Made by a program: the position numbers and the translations under genes. Source: Psychrobacter cryohalolentis K5 (GTDB lineage: Bacteria > Pseudomonadota > Gammaproteobacteria > Pseudomonadales > Moraxellaceae). From it: a stretch of DNA of 32,000 bases. The stretch is from positions 1,350,001 to 1,382,000 of the forward strand of contig NC_007969.1 of assembly GCF_000013905.1 (NCBI RefSeq). The letters run 5' to 3'. Below, in pieces: positions 18,042 through 27,300 of the stretch. Numbering within the stretch: position 1 is the first letter of the stretch; the number at the start of each line of letters is the position of its first letter. A model generated the notes under the pieces. The model was not told where the DNA came from, did not search any database, and saw only the letters and a program-made list of their open reading frames with translations.

Positions 18042-19334
18042 CTATCTAGGACTGGCTGACCAGACAGGTGAGCGAATCGTACCTTGCCCAGATTTACCAA
18101 AGGCTTCGCCGCCGTTTAGTGATTTGATAGTCAGTACGCCCTTACCACCTTGCTTTGATGCATAAACGACACGCTTACCATTTGGTGAAAAGCTCGGTGC
18201 TTCATCGATACCGGTATTGCCCAAATTAGCAGTGACCGCGCCGCCGCTGTTCATAACAGCCGCTGAGCGCCCATTTAAAAAGGCAATTTGCGTACCATCA
18301 CTACTAAATTGTGGGCTGGTCGCATAACCACTATTAGATACTTTGGTTGTGCGCCCTGAACCAAATTCATAACGATAAATCTGCGGCTTATTAAATCCAG
18401 TCTTATCAGATACAAAGACAAAAGATCTGCCATCAGGGGCGTAGCTTGGCTGTACTTCACTGCTTGGCCAATTGGTCAGTCGTCTTGGTTGACCGCCGCT
18501 GGCACTCATCTCATAAATATCAGCACTGCCTTCAAAACTACTCGAAAACAGTATTTTGCTGCCATCTGGCGAGAACGAAGGACTTAAGTTGCTACCAGGG
18601 AAAGGCGTCAATGGCGTTGCACCGCCGCCGCTCACGCTTTGCACATAAATAACAGGATAAGATTTATCTCGCTGTACTGAATAAGCGATACGATTGCCAT
18701 CGGGCGACCATGCTGGAGAGAAGATAGAGCCTGAAACCTCAGTAATGGTTTTGGCGTTTTCGCCATCAGCATCCATGACTTTTAAGCGCGAGACTTTTGC
18801 TTTGCCAGTACCAATTTCTTCAATATAGGCAATACGCCCTGAGAAGTCCCCTGGAATGCCGGTAATGAGCTCGTACACTTTATCTGCGATGACGTGACCG
18901 GCATAGCGCATGCTGTCTTTATTGTTATCAGCGGTTAAAGTCTGCTTGCCTTCGATCACGCGTCCTGTTTTAACCTCAATCACTTCATAATCGGTCACCA
19001 CTTTACCGCGGCTACTGCGCGTGCTACCTACGACAAGATAAGGAATCCCCATACTTTGCCATACCGGTAATGTCCCTGCCAGCTCGCTGCTACTGCGTGG
19101 CTGCTGCGGTAGATTCTGACTGGTAACTTTGAGCTCAGTTTTGCTCAAGTCATTGACAATAATAGGCGATAACACACTATCACCAGCAAAAGGCACAAAA
19201 GCCACTTGATTCTGTTGCACAGGAATCTCGTAATCCAATTCTAAAACGACAGGCGCTGCCAGCACACTTGGCGCGATAAGTAAGCTTGAGGCGCTAGCAA
19301 GTAATGATATGAGTAGTTTTTTATGAGTGCGCAT
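18042..19334 (-). CDS. tolB: Tol-Pal system periplasmic beta-propeller protein TolB
   Basis: It has a signal peptide ending in VLA|AP. It is colinear with E. coli TolB as recalled (MRYAGHVIADKVYE..TG, RIAY, SPAWSPDG, SPSFSPDGSKI, PSFSPNG). Confidence 0.95.
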   Translation of the reverse strand: MRTHKKLLISLLASASSLLIAPSVLAAPVVLELDYEIPVQQNQVAFVPFAGDSVLSPIIVNDLSKTELKVTSQNLPQQPRSSSELAGTLPVWQSMGIPYLVVGSTRSSRGKVVTDYEVIEVKTGRVIEGKQTLTADNNKDSMRYAGHVIADKVYELITGIPGDFSGRIAYIEEIGTGKAKVSRLKVMDADGENAKTITEVSGSIFSPAWSPDGNRIAYSVQRDKSYPVIYVQSVSGGGATPLTPFPGSNLSPSFSPDGSKILFSSSFEGSADIYEMSASGGQPRRLTNWPSSEVQPSYAPDGRSFVFVSDKTGFNKPQIYRYEFGSGRTTKVSNSGYATSPQFSSDGTQIAFLNGRSAAVMNSGGAVTANLGNTGIDEAPSFSPNGKRVVYASKQGGKGVLTIKSLNGGEAFGKSGQGTIRSPVWSASPR

Positions 19335-19470
19335 GAGTAAGTTAAGCTCCTAAAACAGTATGAGTGTCATTTTTATAGGTTATTAGTCCGTCATAAAGAT
19401 AAGGTAGTGCCTTCTACAGTACAAGCTGTTTAAGGTAACGTTATCAATAATATAAAGCATGAGCAACTGA

Positions 19471-20493
19471 TTAATTACTGCCCTTAAATTGAACGGTAAA
19501 GGTCGGGTATTTTGGATCGTCAGCATCGATTGGTAAGCTGCCGGTATTTAGTACGGCTTGTTTGGCGGCTTCATTGACAGCTTCATCCGGTCCTGAAGCA
19601 GTAACATTGGTAATATTACCGCTGGCATTGACTGTAATTGTGAGGGTCGCACGCTGGGTTGAGCCCTTTGCTGCAGTTGGTGGATTATAGTTGCGTCTGA
19701 TAAGATTAATGATTTCACTATTACTAGCACCGCGACTGCCACCTGATGCTGAGCGGCTGTTGCCTTTTGAAGGGCTTGAGGTTGTGCTATCACCGGATAA
19801 AGTCGACTGCCCATCGTTCGATAGACTAAGGGTTTGACCTGAACTACTAGAGCCGCCCGTATTGATTTCTATATTTCGGTCGGTAGCAGTTGGGCGCTTA
19901 ATCTTGGGAGGATTGTTTTGTTTATTGCGGAAATCCCCAAGCCTTTTTTGCTCTTCAATCAGCTGCTGTCGTCTTTCTTTTTCAATTTGGTCATGTTCTT
20001 CTAAGACGGATTCGTCTAAGCGCGCGGCCCACTCAGCCATACTGCGCTCATACTCTTGGTTTTGCTCAAGCAGGCGTTGATGCTGCTCTTCACTCATTAG
20101 CATCGGGCTAGTAGCAGATTCATCCGAGCGTGTGAAGACAGGCACTTGCTGAGAGTTTGGTTGAGCAGGATTTGGAGTGCTGACGCTGCCATCAAAGGCT
20201 TCTGTTGGCGTAGCTGCACTACTTGCACCGCTTTCCGCTTGCATAGCACTGGCTGCGGCGGCGCGATTGGCAAGGATTTGACCTTGCATCTCGGCTAACT
20301 GTTCAGGAGATACCATGGTCGTTTCAATACTACCTGCGGTCTCAACGTCCATATTTTGGTAGGTATAGATAAGTATACCAATGACAAGACCATGTGCCAG
20401 CAAACTGAGCAGCGTGGGTAAGGTTAGCCCATTGCCTTCGGGTTCAGTTGGTACATAAACGGTTGGAGCCTTGTGCATGGTAGTGATACTCAA
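19471..20493 (-). CDS. tolA: Tol-Pal system protein TolA
   Basis: It has an N-terminal TM anchor (LTLPTLLSLLAHGLVIGILIYTY) and a charged helical middle region (EEQHQRLLEQNQEYERSMAEW...EKERRQQLIEEQKRL). It ends in a TolA/TonB-type C-terminal domain. Its position between tolR and tolB supports the call. Confidence 0.8.
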   Translation of the reverse strand: MSITTMHKAPTVYVPTEPEGNGLTLPTLLSLLAHGLVIGILIYTYQNMDVETAGSIETTMVSPEQLAEMQGQILANRAAAASAMQAESGASSAATPTEAFDGSVSTPNPAQPNSQQVPVFTRSDESATSPMLMSEEQHQRLLEQNQEYERSMAEWAARLDESVLEEHDQIEKERRQQLIEEQKRLGDFRNKQNNPPKIKRPTATDRNIEINTGGSSSSGQTLSLSNDGQSTLSGDSTTSSPSKGNSRSASGGSRGASNSEIINLIRRNYNPPTAAKGSTQRATLTITVNASGNITNVTASGPDEAVNEAAKQAVLNTGSLPIDADDPKYPTFTVQFKGSN

Positions 20494-20585
20494 AAACGTG
20501 ATACTAAAAGATAAGCTACATCAGATTATCTGCTTTATTATAACCGGCTACACCAAAACGGCTGTTTTTTAATATTATAAAATGA

Positions 20586-21044
20586 TTAAACCGCTGGTAT
20601 AGGCAATGGAGCGCCAGTTAATAGTCCAACCTTCTGAATACCAGCTTGTTGCAACGTTGCCATCAAAGTCATGATAGCGCCATATTGATTGTTTTGGTCG
20701 GCATTAATCATCACTTGTACTGGTTGCGCACCGGCATCACTGCTTTGACTTTGCAAAGTCGAGAGGGTATCAATCAGCTCAGGCTCACTAACAGGTAAGT
20801 CAACATTGCTCTCATAACTGATAAAAATCTCGCCGTTACCGGTCAGAGATACAATGACTGGTAGCTGGCTTTGACTCATGGTGTTGGTTTGCTCTTTTGG
20901 CAAATCAACATCGACGCCAGTAATCAGCATCGGCGCGGTCACCATAAATATCACGAGCAGAACGAGCATTACGTCGATATAAGGAACAACGTTCATCTCC
21001 GCATTCAGTGCTTTTTTCTCACGGCGATAGGGACTTTGTTTCAT
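20586..21044 (-). CDS. tolR: Tol-Pal system protein TolR (ExbD/TolR family)
   Basis: It carries the ExbD/TolR signature [22 protein letters not shown]. Its start overlaps the tolQ stop by 4 nt (ATGA at 21041-21044). Confidence 0.9.
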   Translation of the reverse strand: MKQSPYRREKKALNAEMNVVPYIDVMLVLLVIFMVTAPMLITGVDVDLPKEQTNTMSQSQLPVIVSLTGNGEIFISYESNVDLPVSEPELIDTLSTLQSQSSDAGAQPVQVMINADQNNQYGAIMTLMATLQQAGIQKVGLLTGAPLPIPAV

Positions 21045-21781
21045 AGACCAGCCACCTGAGTGCTTTGGTTGGCTTGGTTGGCTTGGCTTACTTGAGTGCT
21101 AGGCTGCGGGCTTTCATTACTGGTTTCGCGCTGCAGCATACCCGTCATCTCATCACAGAATAAGGCACGTGAATCATATAATCGACTAGATTTAGCGGTA
21201 AAATGGTTATAAGCCAATACTGCAGGAATAGCGGCAAACAAACCCATAGCGGTGGCAATTAATGCTTCTGCAATACCTGGTGCCACAGCGGCTAGGGTAG
21301 CTTGTTCATTTTGTGACAACCCCAAAAAGGCATTCATGATACCCCAAACGGTGCCGAACAAACCGACGTAAGGTGCAACGGAGCCGATACTGGCAAGCGT
21401 TGTAAGTCCTGACTCCAAAAGTAGCTGCTGACGACCAAGACCAACCCTAAGCTTACGCTCAACGCCATCGATAATGTCATCTTTTGGTTGACGTTTTTTG
21501 TGCATTCTTAAGTATTCAGAGAAGCCAACATAGAAAATCTGCTCAAGACCTTGGCGCTCAGGTGAGCCCTGAATACCTTGATACAATTTCGCCAAATCTT
21601 CACCCGACCAAAACCAAGCCTCGAACTGTTGGTCAAAGTTTCTGGCAGTGCCAAGCCGCGCACTCATACGAAAAATAATCACCCAACTGAGTAACGATGC
21701 TAATAACAATAGAGCCATCACGATCTGAACCAGCAGGCTCGCTTGAGTAATAAGGTCGATAATATTTAAGGATTCAGGCAT
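21041..21781 (-). CDS. tolQ: Tol-Pal system protein TolQ (MotA/TolQ/ExbB proton channel family)
   Basis: It has three TM segments and the conserved region [22 protein letters not shown]...[24 protein letters not shown]. The low-complexity Q/N-rich C-terminal tail is encoded partly by a 9-bp repeat. Confidence 0.93.
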   Translation of the reverse strand: MPESLNIIDLITQASLLVQIVMALLLLASLLSWVIIFRMSARLGTARNFDQQFEAWFWSGEDLAKLYQGIQGSPERQGLEQIFYVGFSEYLRMHKKRQPKDDIIDGVERKLRVGLGRQQLLLESGLTTLASIGSVAPYVGLFGTVWGIMNAFLGLSQNEQATLAAVAPGIAEALIATAMGLFAAIPAVLAYNHFTAKSSRLYDSRALFCDEMTGMLQRETSNESPQPSTQVSQANQANQSTQVAGL

Positions 21782-22126
21782 GTAAAGGACTCATGGATAA
21801 TTAATAATAGTCATTAAAAATAGGGTGCTCATATTAACCCCCTAGTGTACTGCTAATCTTGGTAAATATCATTAATAATGTGTTAATTACATAATGAGCA
21901 GTTTTTTCCTAAAATTTATGGTGACAGCACTATCATTTTATAATATTGTCCATATGGTCAACTATTTTTTGCTCTTTTACTGACAAGTTCATGGCATTCA
22001 TTGAAATTATCTATTTATTTCCATAGAATGTTATGATTTGTTGCTGTAATTTTTCACAGTGGTTTTATTTTTAGCAAATCTTGTGTGGCTAAAGGATTAA
22101 AAACATCATCTCCAACCGTAGTTTAT

Positions 22127-22292
22127 AGCGTCATTTACAGTCGCAATTTGGAAGCGTCATTTATCGTCGCAATTTAGGTGTATTTTTTATGTTTGAGTTA
22201 AAAGCGGCATTTATCGTCGCAATTTGGAAGCGACATTTATCAATACCATTTGATAATGATAATTTACTCACTGCAATTTGGAAGCGACTCCT
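22127..22292 (+). repeat. Tandem array of a 26-bp unit, AGCGnCATTTAyCGTCGCAATTTGGA, abutting the permease start codon
   Basis: Copies lie at 22127-22152, 22153-22178 and, after a 24-bp AT-rich gap, 22203-22228; these three are 23/26 identical pairwise. Degenerate copies follow at 22229-22254 and 22255-22282, with a partial copy at 22283-22292. Unit junctions form GTCGC-N9-GCGAC dyads centred on TTTGGAAG. Confidence 0.85.
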
Positions 22293-23588
22293 ATGAACGC
22301 AATTGAACGATATTTTGGAATCGATGGTCAGAACACCACGATCAAAACAGAGATTTTAGCGGGTGTAACCACGTTTTTAACGATGGCTTACATCATATTT
22401 GTCAACCCTAATGTACTTGCTGATGCCGGTATGGATAAAGGCGCAGTATTCGTAGCTACCTGTCTTGCCGCGGCTATTGGTTGTTTCATTATGGGTATTT
22501 ATGCCCGCCTGCCAGTGGCCCTAGCGCCTGGAATGGGACTCAACGCCTTCTTTACTTATGGCGTGGTTTTAGGAATGGGCTATGCTTGGCAAACGGCGCT
22601 TGGCGCAGTATTTTTGTCAGGTTGTATCTTTATCCTATTAAGTTTGTTTAAAATCCGTGAAATCATTATTAATTCTATTCCGACCAGTATCAAACAAGGG
22701 GTTGTCGCTGGTATTGGTGCGTTTTTGGCCTTTATTGCGCTCCAAACCGCAGGCGTTATCGTGAATAATGATGCGACGCTAGTGGGACTTGGTGATATGA
22801 CCTCGTTTTCACCTGCGATGGCAGCTCTTGGTTTTATTGTCATCGTAGGTTTGTCACACAAAAAAGTACCAGGTGCGGTCACTATTGGTATTTTACTAGT
22901 CGCGCTTATTAGCCTTGTCACAGGAAATACGCAGTTTACAGGTATTATCTCAGCGCCGCCGCCTATTGCACCAACCCTGATGCAGCTTGATATTGCTGGC
23001 GCGTTTGATGTGGCGATGATCAGTGTTATTTTTGCCTTCTTATTCGTCGATTTATTTGATACGGCGGGTACGCTGATTGCAACCACTACTCAGGCAGGTT
23101 TGATTGGTAAAGATGGTAAAATCCCGAATATGGGTAAAGCGCTACTAGCAGATTCAACGGCAACGGTAGCTGGTACTTTCTTGGGCACGTCATCGACGAC
23201 AAGTTACATCGAAAGTGTGTCGGGTATCGCATCAGGTGGTCGTACTGGACTGATGGCAGTGACAGTTGGCGTGTTATTTTTACTCAGTGTGTTCTTTTCA
23301 CCACTTGCTGGTATGATTCCAGGATATGCGACTGCGGGCGCTATCTTTTATGTAGCAGTACTCATGATGGAAACATTAAAAGACGTCAAATGGAATGACT
23401 TAACAGAAGCGGCGCCAGTGGTGGTCGTACTATTGTTTACGCCTTTGACCTATTCTGTCGCTGACGGTATTGCACTTGGCTTTATCACCTTTACTGCCAT
23501 CAAGATAGTCGCTGGTAAATTCTCTGACATCAGTATTCCGGTTTGGATATTGACAGTAGTATTACTGGCCAAGATCGTTTTTATCTAG
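22293..23588 (+). CDS. NCS2/AzgA-type purine permease (adenine/guanine/hypoxanthine transporter family)
   Basis: It is colinear with E. coli AdeP/GhxP-type permeases as recalled (TEILAGVTTFLTMAYIIFVNP, LPVALAPGMGLNAFF, GTSSTTSYIESVSGIASGGRTGL, SPLAGMIPGYATAGA). The track calls TTG 22278, but ATG 22293, with GGAAG 8 nt upstream, is more plausible. Substrate specificity cannot be read from the sequence. Confidence 0.9.
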   Translation: MNAIERYFGIDGQNTTIKTEILAGVTTFLTMAYIIFVNPNVLADAGMDKGAVFVATCLAAAIGCFIMGIYARLPVALAPGMGLNAFFTYGVVLGMGYAWQTALGAVFLSGCIFILLSLFKIREIIINSIPTSIKQGVVAGIGAFLAFIALQTAGVIVNNDATLVGLGDMTSFSPAMAALGFIVIVGLSHKKVPGAVTIGILLVALISLVTGNTQFTGIISAPPPIAPTLMQLDIAGAFDVAMISVIFAFLFVDLFDTAGTLIATTTQAGLIGKDGKIPNMGKALLADSTATVAGTFLGTSSTTSYIESVSGIASGGRTGLMAVTVGVLFLLSVFFSPLAGMIPGYATAGAIFYVAVLMMETLKDVKWNDLTEAAPVVVVLLFTPLTYSVADGIALGFITFTAIKIVAGKFSDISIPVWILTVVLLAKIVFI

Positions 23589-23653
23589 CTTTTTACATTG
23601 ATTAACGCTCAATATTAAGCAAGGTTGATATTGCTGTAGAAATATAGTTTAAG

Positions 23654-23688
23654 CCCTTCTTATTATTAAATGATAAGAAGGGTTTTTT
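23654..23688 (+). terminator. Rho-independent terminator after the permease gene
   Basis: The hairpin is cccttcttat-tattaaatg-ataagaaggg, a 10-bp perfect stem, followed by TTTTTT. Confidence 0.85.
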
Positions 23689-24092
23689 ATGCTTAATTTT
23701 CCTATTGTTTTAAGATAGTCGTGCCAACTGTTTGATTCCTAAAACAATTAATCATAAATAGTAAATCAGAAATTATAACCAAAGCGTCACGTTTGTGAAT
23801 GCGTTAATAACTGTTTGTTTTTTAACACTATTATAATTGGCTAAAATGCGTAATATTGTTAGTTTGAAAATTTATTTCATGGTAATATGCGGATATTAAG
23901 CGCATCACCTCAATCAACGCCGTAGAGGTTTTTCTTATCAGTGAATCAGCATTGCATATTGCCACTTTATATTGCAAACACTCTCCTTTCACTACTAACA
24001 AGAAGAAGGCACTAATGCCGCTTAGTTTTATGTTGTTGCCTTTGTATTGTTGACGTAGTCCGTTGCACAGTCAAACGATCTACTTGACCTTT

Positions 24093-24122
24093 TCCAGCTT
24101 ATGCTGGATTTTCTCGTTTTTT
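24093..24122 (+). terminator. Terminator-like hairpin plus T-tract inside the putA upstream region
   Basis: The hairpin tccagc-ttat-gctgga is followed by ttttctcgtttttt. The stem is short (6 bp), so confidence is low. It lies about 260 bp upstream of putA and 40 nt after a 12-codon mini-ORF. Confidence 0.35.
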
Positions 24123-24267
24123 AATATTGTCGTGTGTTCTGTTCATTGTTATGTATGTTATCAAAGCCGAATCACTCACACTGCTTAATAGCTGATTGTG
24201 ATTGATTGCTGTTTTCGATAGGGTAGATGATAAAACGTTTCAATACTTTAGCCTTACGACGTTGTTT

Positions 24268-24347
24268 TAGCGCCACAATATTTAAAAGTCACAATATCAA
24301 AAAGTCACAATATCAAAAAGTTTCAATGTTAAAAAGCCTCAGCGCAT
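24268..24347 (+). repeat. Tandem 16-bp repeat (AAAAGTCACAATATCA) array upstream of putA
   Basis: Two perfect copies lie at 24284-24299 and 24300-24315. In-phase degenerate copies lie at 24268-24283 (10/16), 24316-24331 (12/16) and 24332-24347 (8/16). The array ends 35 bp before the putA ATG. Confidence 0.8.
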
Positions 24348-24381
24348 CACTTATGATGGATTTTCAAGTTATGGAGTTGTT

Positions 24382-27300
24382 ATGAACCCAGTAGAGCAAT
24401 TTACCCCGCAAGAGCCGATTTTATTTAATCCTATTGATTTGTTATCACCAGAATATATTGCTCAGTCATCAACAGAGCTACATACGCGTATATCGCCTTT
24501 GTATAGCGTGGATGAAGAGCGCTGGTTGACGCAGTTATTGCCACTTGCCAAACCGACAGATGCCGAGCGTGACAGTGCAGCTACGCAGACGCGTCAGCTG
24601 GTTGAGCATGTGCGCAATGATGGTAAAGCGGTAAAAATGGTCGACTCATTATTGCTTGAGTACAGCTTGGATACCCAAGAAGGTGTTTTGCTCATGAGCT
24701 TGGCGGAAGCCTTGATTCGTGTGCCGGACAATTATACAGCTGATGCGCTGATTCATGACAAGATGAGCGTCGCTGACTGGAAAAAACATTTAAAAAATGA
24801 CAATGGTTTTATGGTCAATGCCTCAACGTGGGGCATGATGATGACAGGTCGTGTGGTGAGCATCGATAGTGATACCACGGCATCTGGATTTTTGGATCGT
24901 ATGACCAAAAAGATGGGTGAGCCTGTTATTCGTAGTGCTATGCAAAAAGCCATGCGTATCATGGGACATCAGTTTGTACTTGGCGAAACGATTGAAGGCG
25001 CTAATAAAAATAGCCAGCCATATCGCAATAAAGGCTATACCTACTCATTTGATATGTTGGGTGAAGCGGCAATTACTCATAAAGATGCTGAAAAATACTT
25101 TAATGATTATTTGCATGCTATCAAAGCCACCGCAAGTGTGAAAGTTAAAGAGGGCATGCCGAAGCCATCAGTTTCTATCAAGCTGTCCGCATTGCATCCG
25201 CGTTATGAAGCCACCCAAGAAGAACAAGTCATGGGGCTGTTGCGTCAACGCTGCTTGTTACTGATTGAAGCGGCGCGTGAAGTCAATGTCGACCTCAGTA
25301 TCGATGCTGAAGAAGCCGATCGTCTTGAGATATCGCTAAAACTATTTGAATCTCTATACCGCGACAATCTAACAGCGGATTGGGATGGTCTTGGTTTAGT
25401 TGTACAAGGTTACTCAAAGCGTGCAATTGCTATTTTGTCTTGGCTGGCACGCTTGGCAACTGAGGTTGGCGACCGTATTCCTGTACGTCTAGTAAAGGGC
25501 GCTTATTGGGATACAGAAATCAAGTTGGCGCAGCAAAAAGGTCTATCAGGCTATCCGGTTTGGACGCGTAAAGAAGGCACGGATACCGCTTATCTTGCCT
25601 GCGCACGTTTCTTATTATCAGAGCATTTGCGTGGTCTTATTTGGCCACAGTTTGCAACGCACAATGCGCACACGCTTGCTTCAATCATGACCATGAGCTC
25701 GCACAGAGACTTTGAGTTCCAGCGTCTCCATGGTATGGGTGATGCGCTTTATGACCATATCTTACAAGCTTATCAAATTCCTGTGCGTATCTATGCACCG
25801 GTTGGCGCTCATAAAGATCTGCTGCCGTATTTGGTACGTCGATTGCTCGAAAACGGTGCCAATAGCTCGTTTGTCCATCAGTTATTAGACAAGTCTTATC
25901 CAATTGACAAGCTAACTGTACATCCGTATGACAAGCTATTAACCAATGCAACGCTACATAATCCAGATATTCCATTACCGTTAGCTATCTATGGCGCACG
26001 CCGTGCCAGCTTTGGTCCCAATATCTTTGTAGAATCGCAGTGGATACCGTTTAAAGCAGCTATCGATACGCATATACACAAAACATGGTCTGCGACTTCT
26101 GTTATTAATGGCAACGCAGTCAATGACAATACGGTAGATGGCGACACTCATCAGCTTGACAAGCAAGCTATATGTGCGCCTTGGAACCATGAAGTCATTG
26201 CCGGTGAAGTCGTCTATGCCAATGCTACTATCGCACAGCAAGCAATTGCGGCGGCAGTTGCTGGACAAGGCGAATGGCAAGCGGTTGCTGCTACTAAACG
26301 TGCGGCTATATTGCGTAAAATCGCGGACTTGTATGAAGAAAACTATGCAGAGCTGATGGCATTATGCCAAGTTGAGGCAGGTAAAACCTTACAAGACAGC
26401 ATTGATGAAATCAAAGAAGCGGTTGATTTTTGCCGTTTTTATGCTGATGAAGCTGAGCGTTTAGATGATGTTATTTATGAGTTTACCGATTTGGCAGGCA
26501 AGCCGTCGCGTCAAGTTTATAAAGCACGTGGCACCTTTATTTGTATCAGCCCATGGAACTTTCCATTGGCTATTTATACCGGTCAAGTAGTTGCAGCACT
26601 GGCTGCAGGTAATACCGTAGTGGCAAAACCTGCCGAACAGACGAGCTTAATCGCTCATTTCGGTGCGCAGCTTATGTATCAAGCTGGCGTGCCAGTAGAA
26701 GCATTGCAACTCGTGATTGGCGCGGGCGACGTTGGTGCTGCATTGACTGCTGCGGACAATATCGCAGGTGTTATCTTTACAGGTTCGACCCAAACGGCGC
26801 AGCGCATCAACCAAAGCCTAAATGCCCATGCTCAAGTCAGTGGTGAGCTGCCTGTCTTTATCGCCGAGACTGGCGGACAAAATGCCATGATTATGGACTC
26901 AACGGCATTGCCTGAGCAAGTGGTTAGAGATGCGGTATTATCTGCCTTTGGTTCAGCAGGTCAGCGCTGTTCAGCATGTCGTATCTTATGTGTACAAGAA
27001 GAGATGGCAGATGATTTGATTGAGCTATTGCAAGGCAATATGGCTGAATTAATCGTTGGCAACCCGCTATATGCGACTACAGATGTAGGTCCTGTGATTG
27101 ATATTGATGCCAAGCGCGGACTTGAAGCGCATATCGAACGCATGCGCGCTGAGCCAACGGCTACGATTTTGGCGCAGACACCGATGAGTGATAGCTCAGA
27201 GGTCAGTCAAGATCAAGCAACGTTTGTATTGCCAACGGCGATAGAAGTAAAAAGTATCGATGTGATCGGTGGAGAGCATTTTGGTCCTATTTTGCATGTA

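Noticed and set aside
21065-21087. 9-bp tandem repeat TTGGTTGGC x2.5 inside the 3' end of tolQ, encoding QANQANQ
   Set aside because: It is real, but it is in-frame, short and lies in a non-conserved tail. It is most likely a neutral slippage product and not a phase-variation switch.
22127-22292. Whether the 26-bp repeats here, or the 16-bp repeats at 24268-24347, are a CRISPR array
   Set aside because: The units are directly abutting or separated by one short AT-rich gap, with no unique spacers of 25-40 bp. The repeats are too few and degenerate, and no cas genes are nearby.
21782-22292. Purine riboswitch upstream of the permease; the same question applies to 28341-29103 upstream of xdhA
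   Set aside because: I looked for the conserved purine-riboswitch three-way junction elements (the U-rich/CCGNNNC-type core I recall) and did not see them. A covariance-model scan would be needed for certainty.
22580-23086. 168-aa minus-strand ORF inside the permease gene
   Set aside because: It is antisense to a high-confidence membrane-protein CDS, and its product is a low-complexity Ala/Ile/Pro-rich shadow.
24353-24385. 10-codon uORF (MMDFQVMELL*) whose TGA overlaps the putA ATG
   Set aside because: It has no SD upstream, and it contains the putA SD within its own coding sequence. It is most likely a chance ORF.
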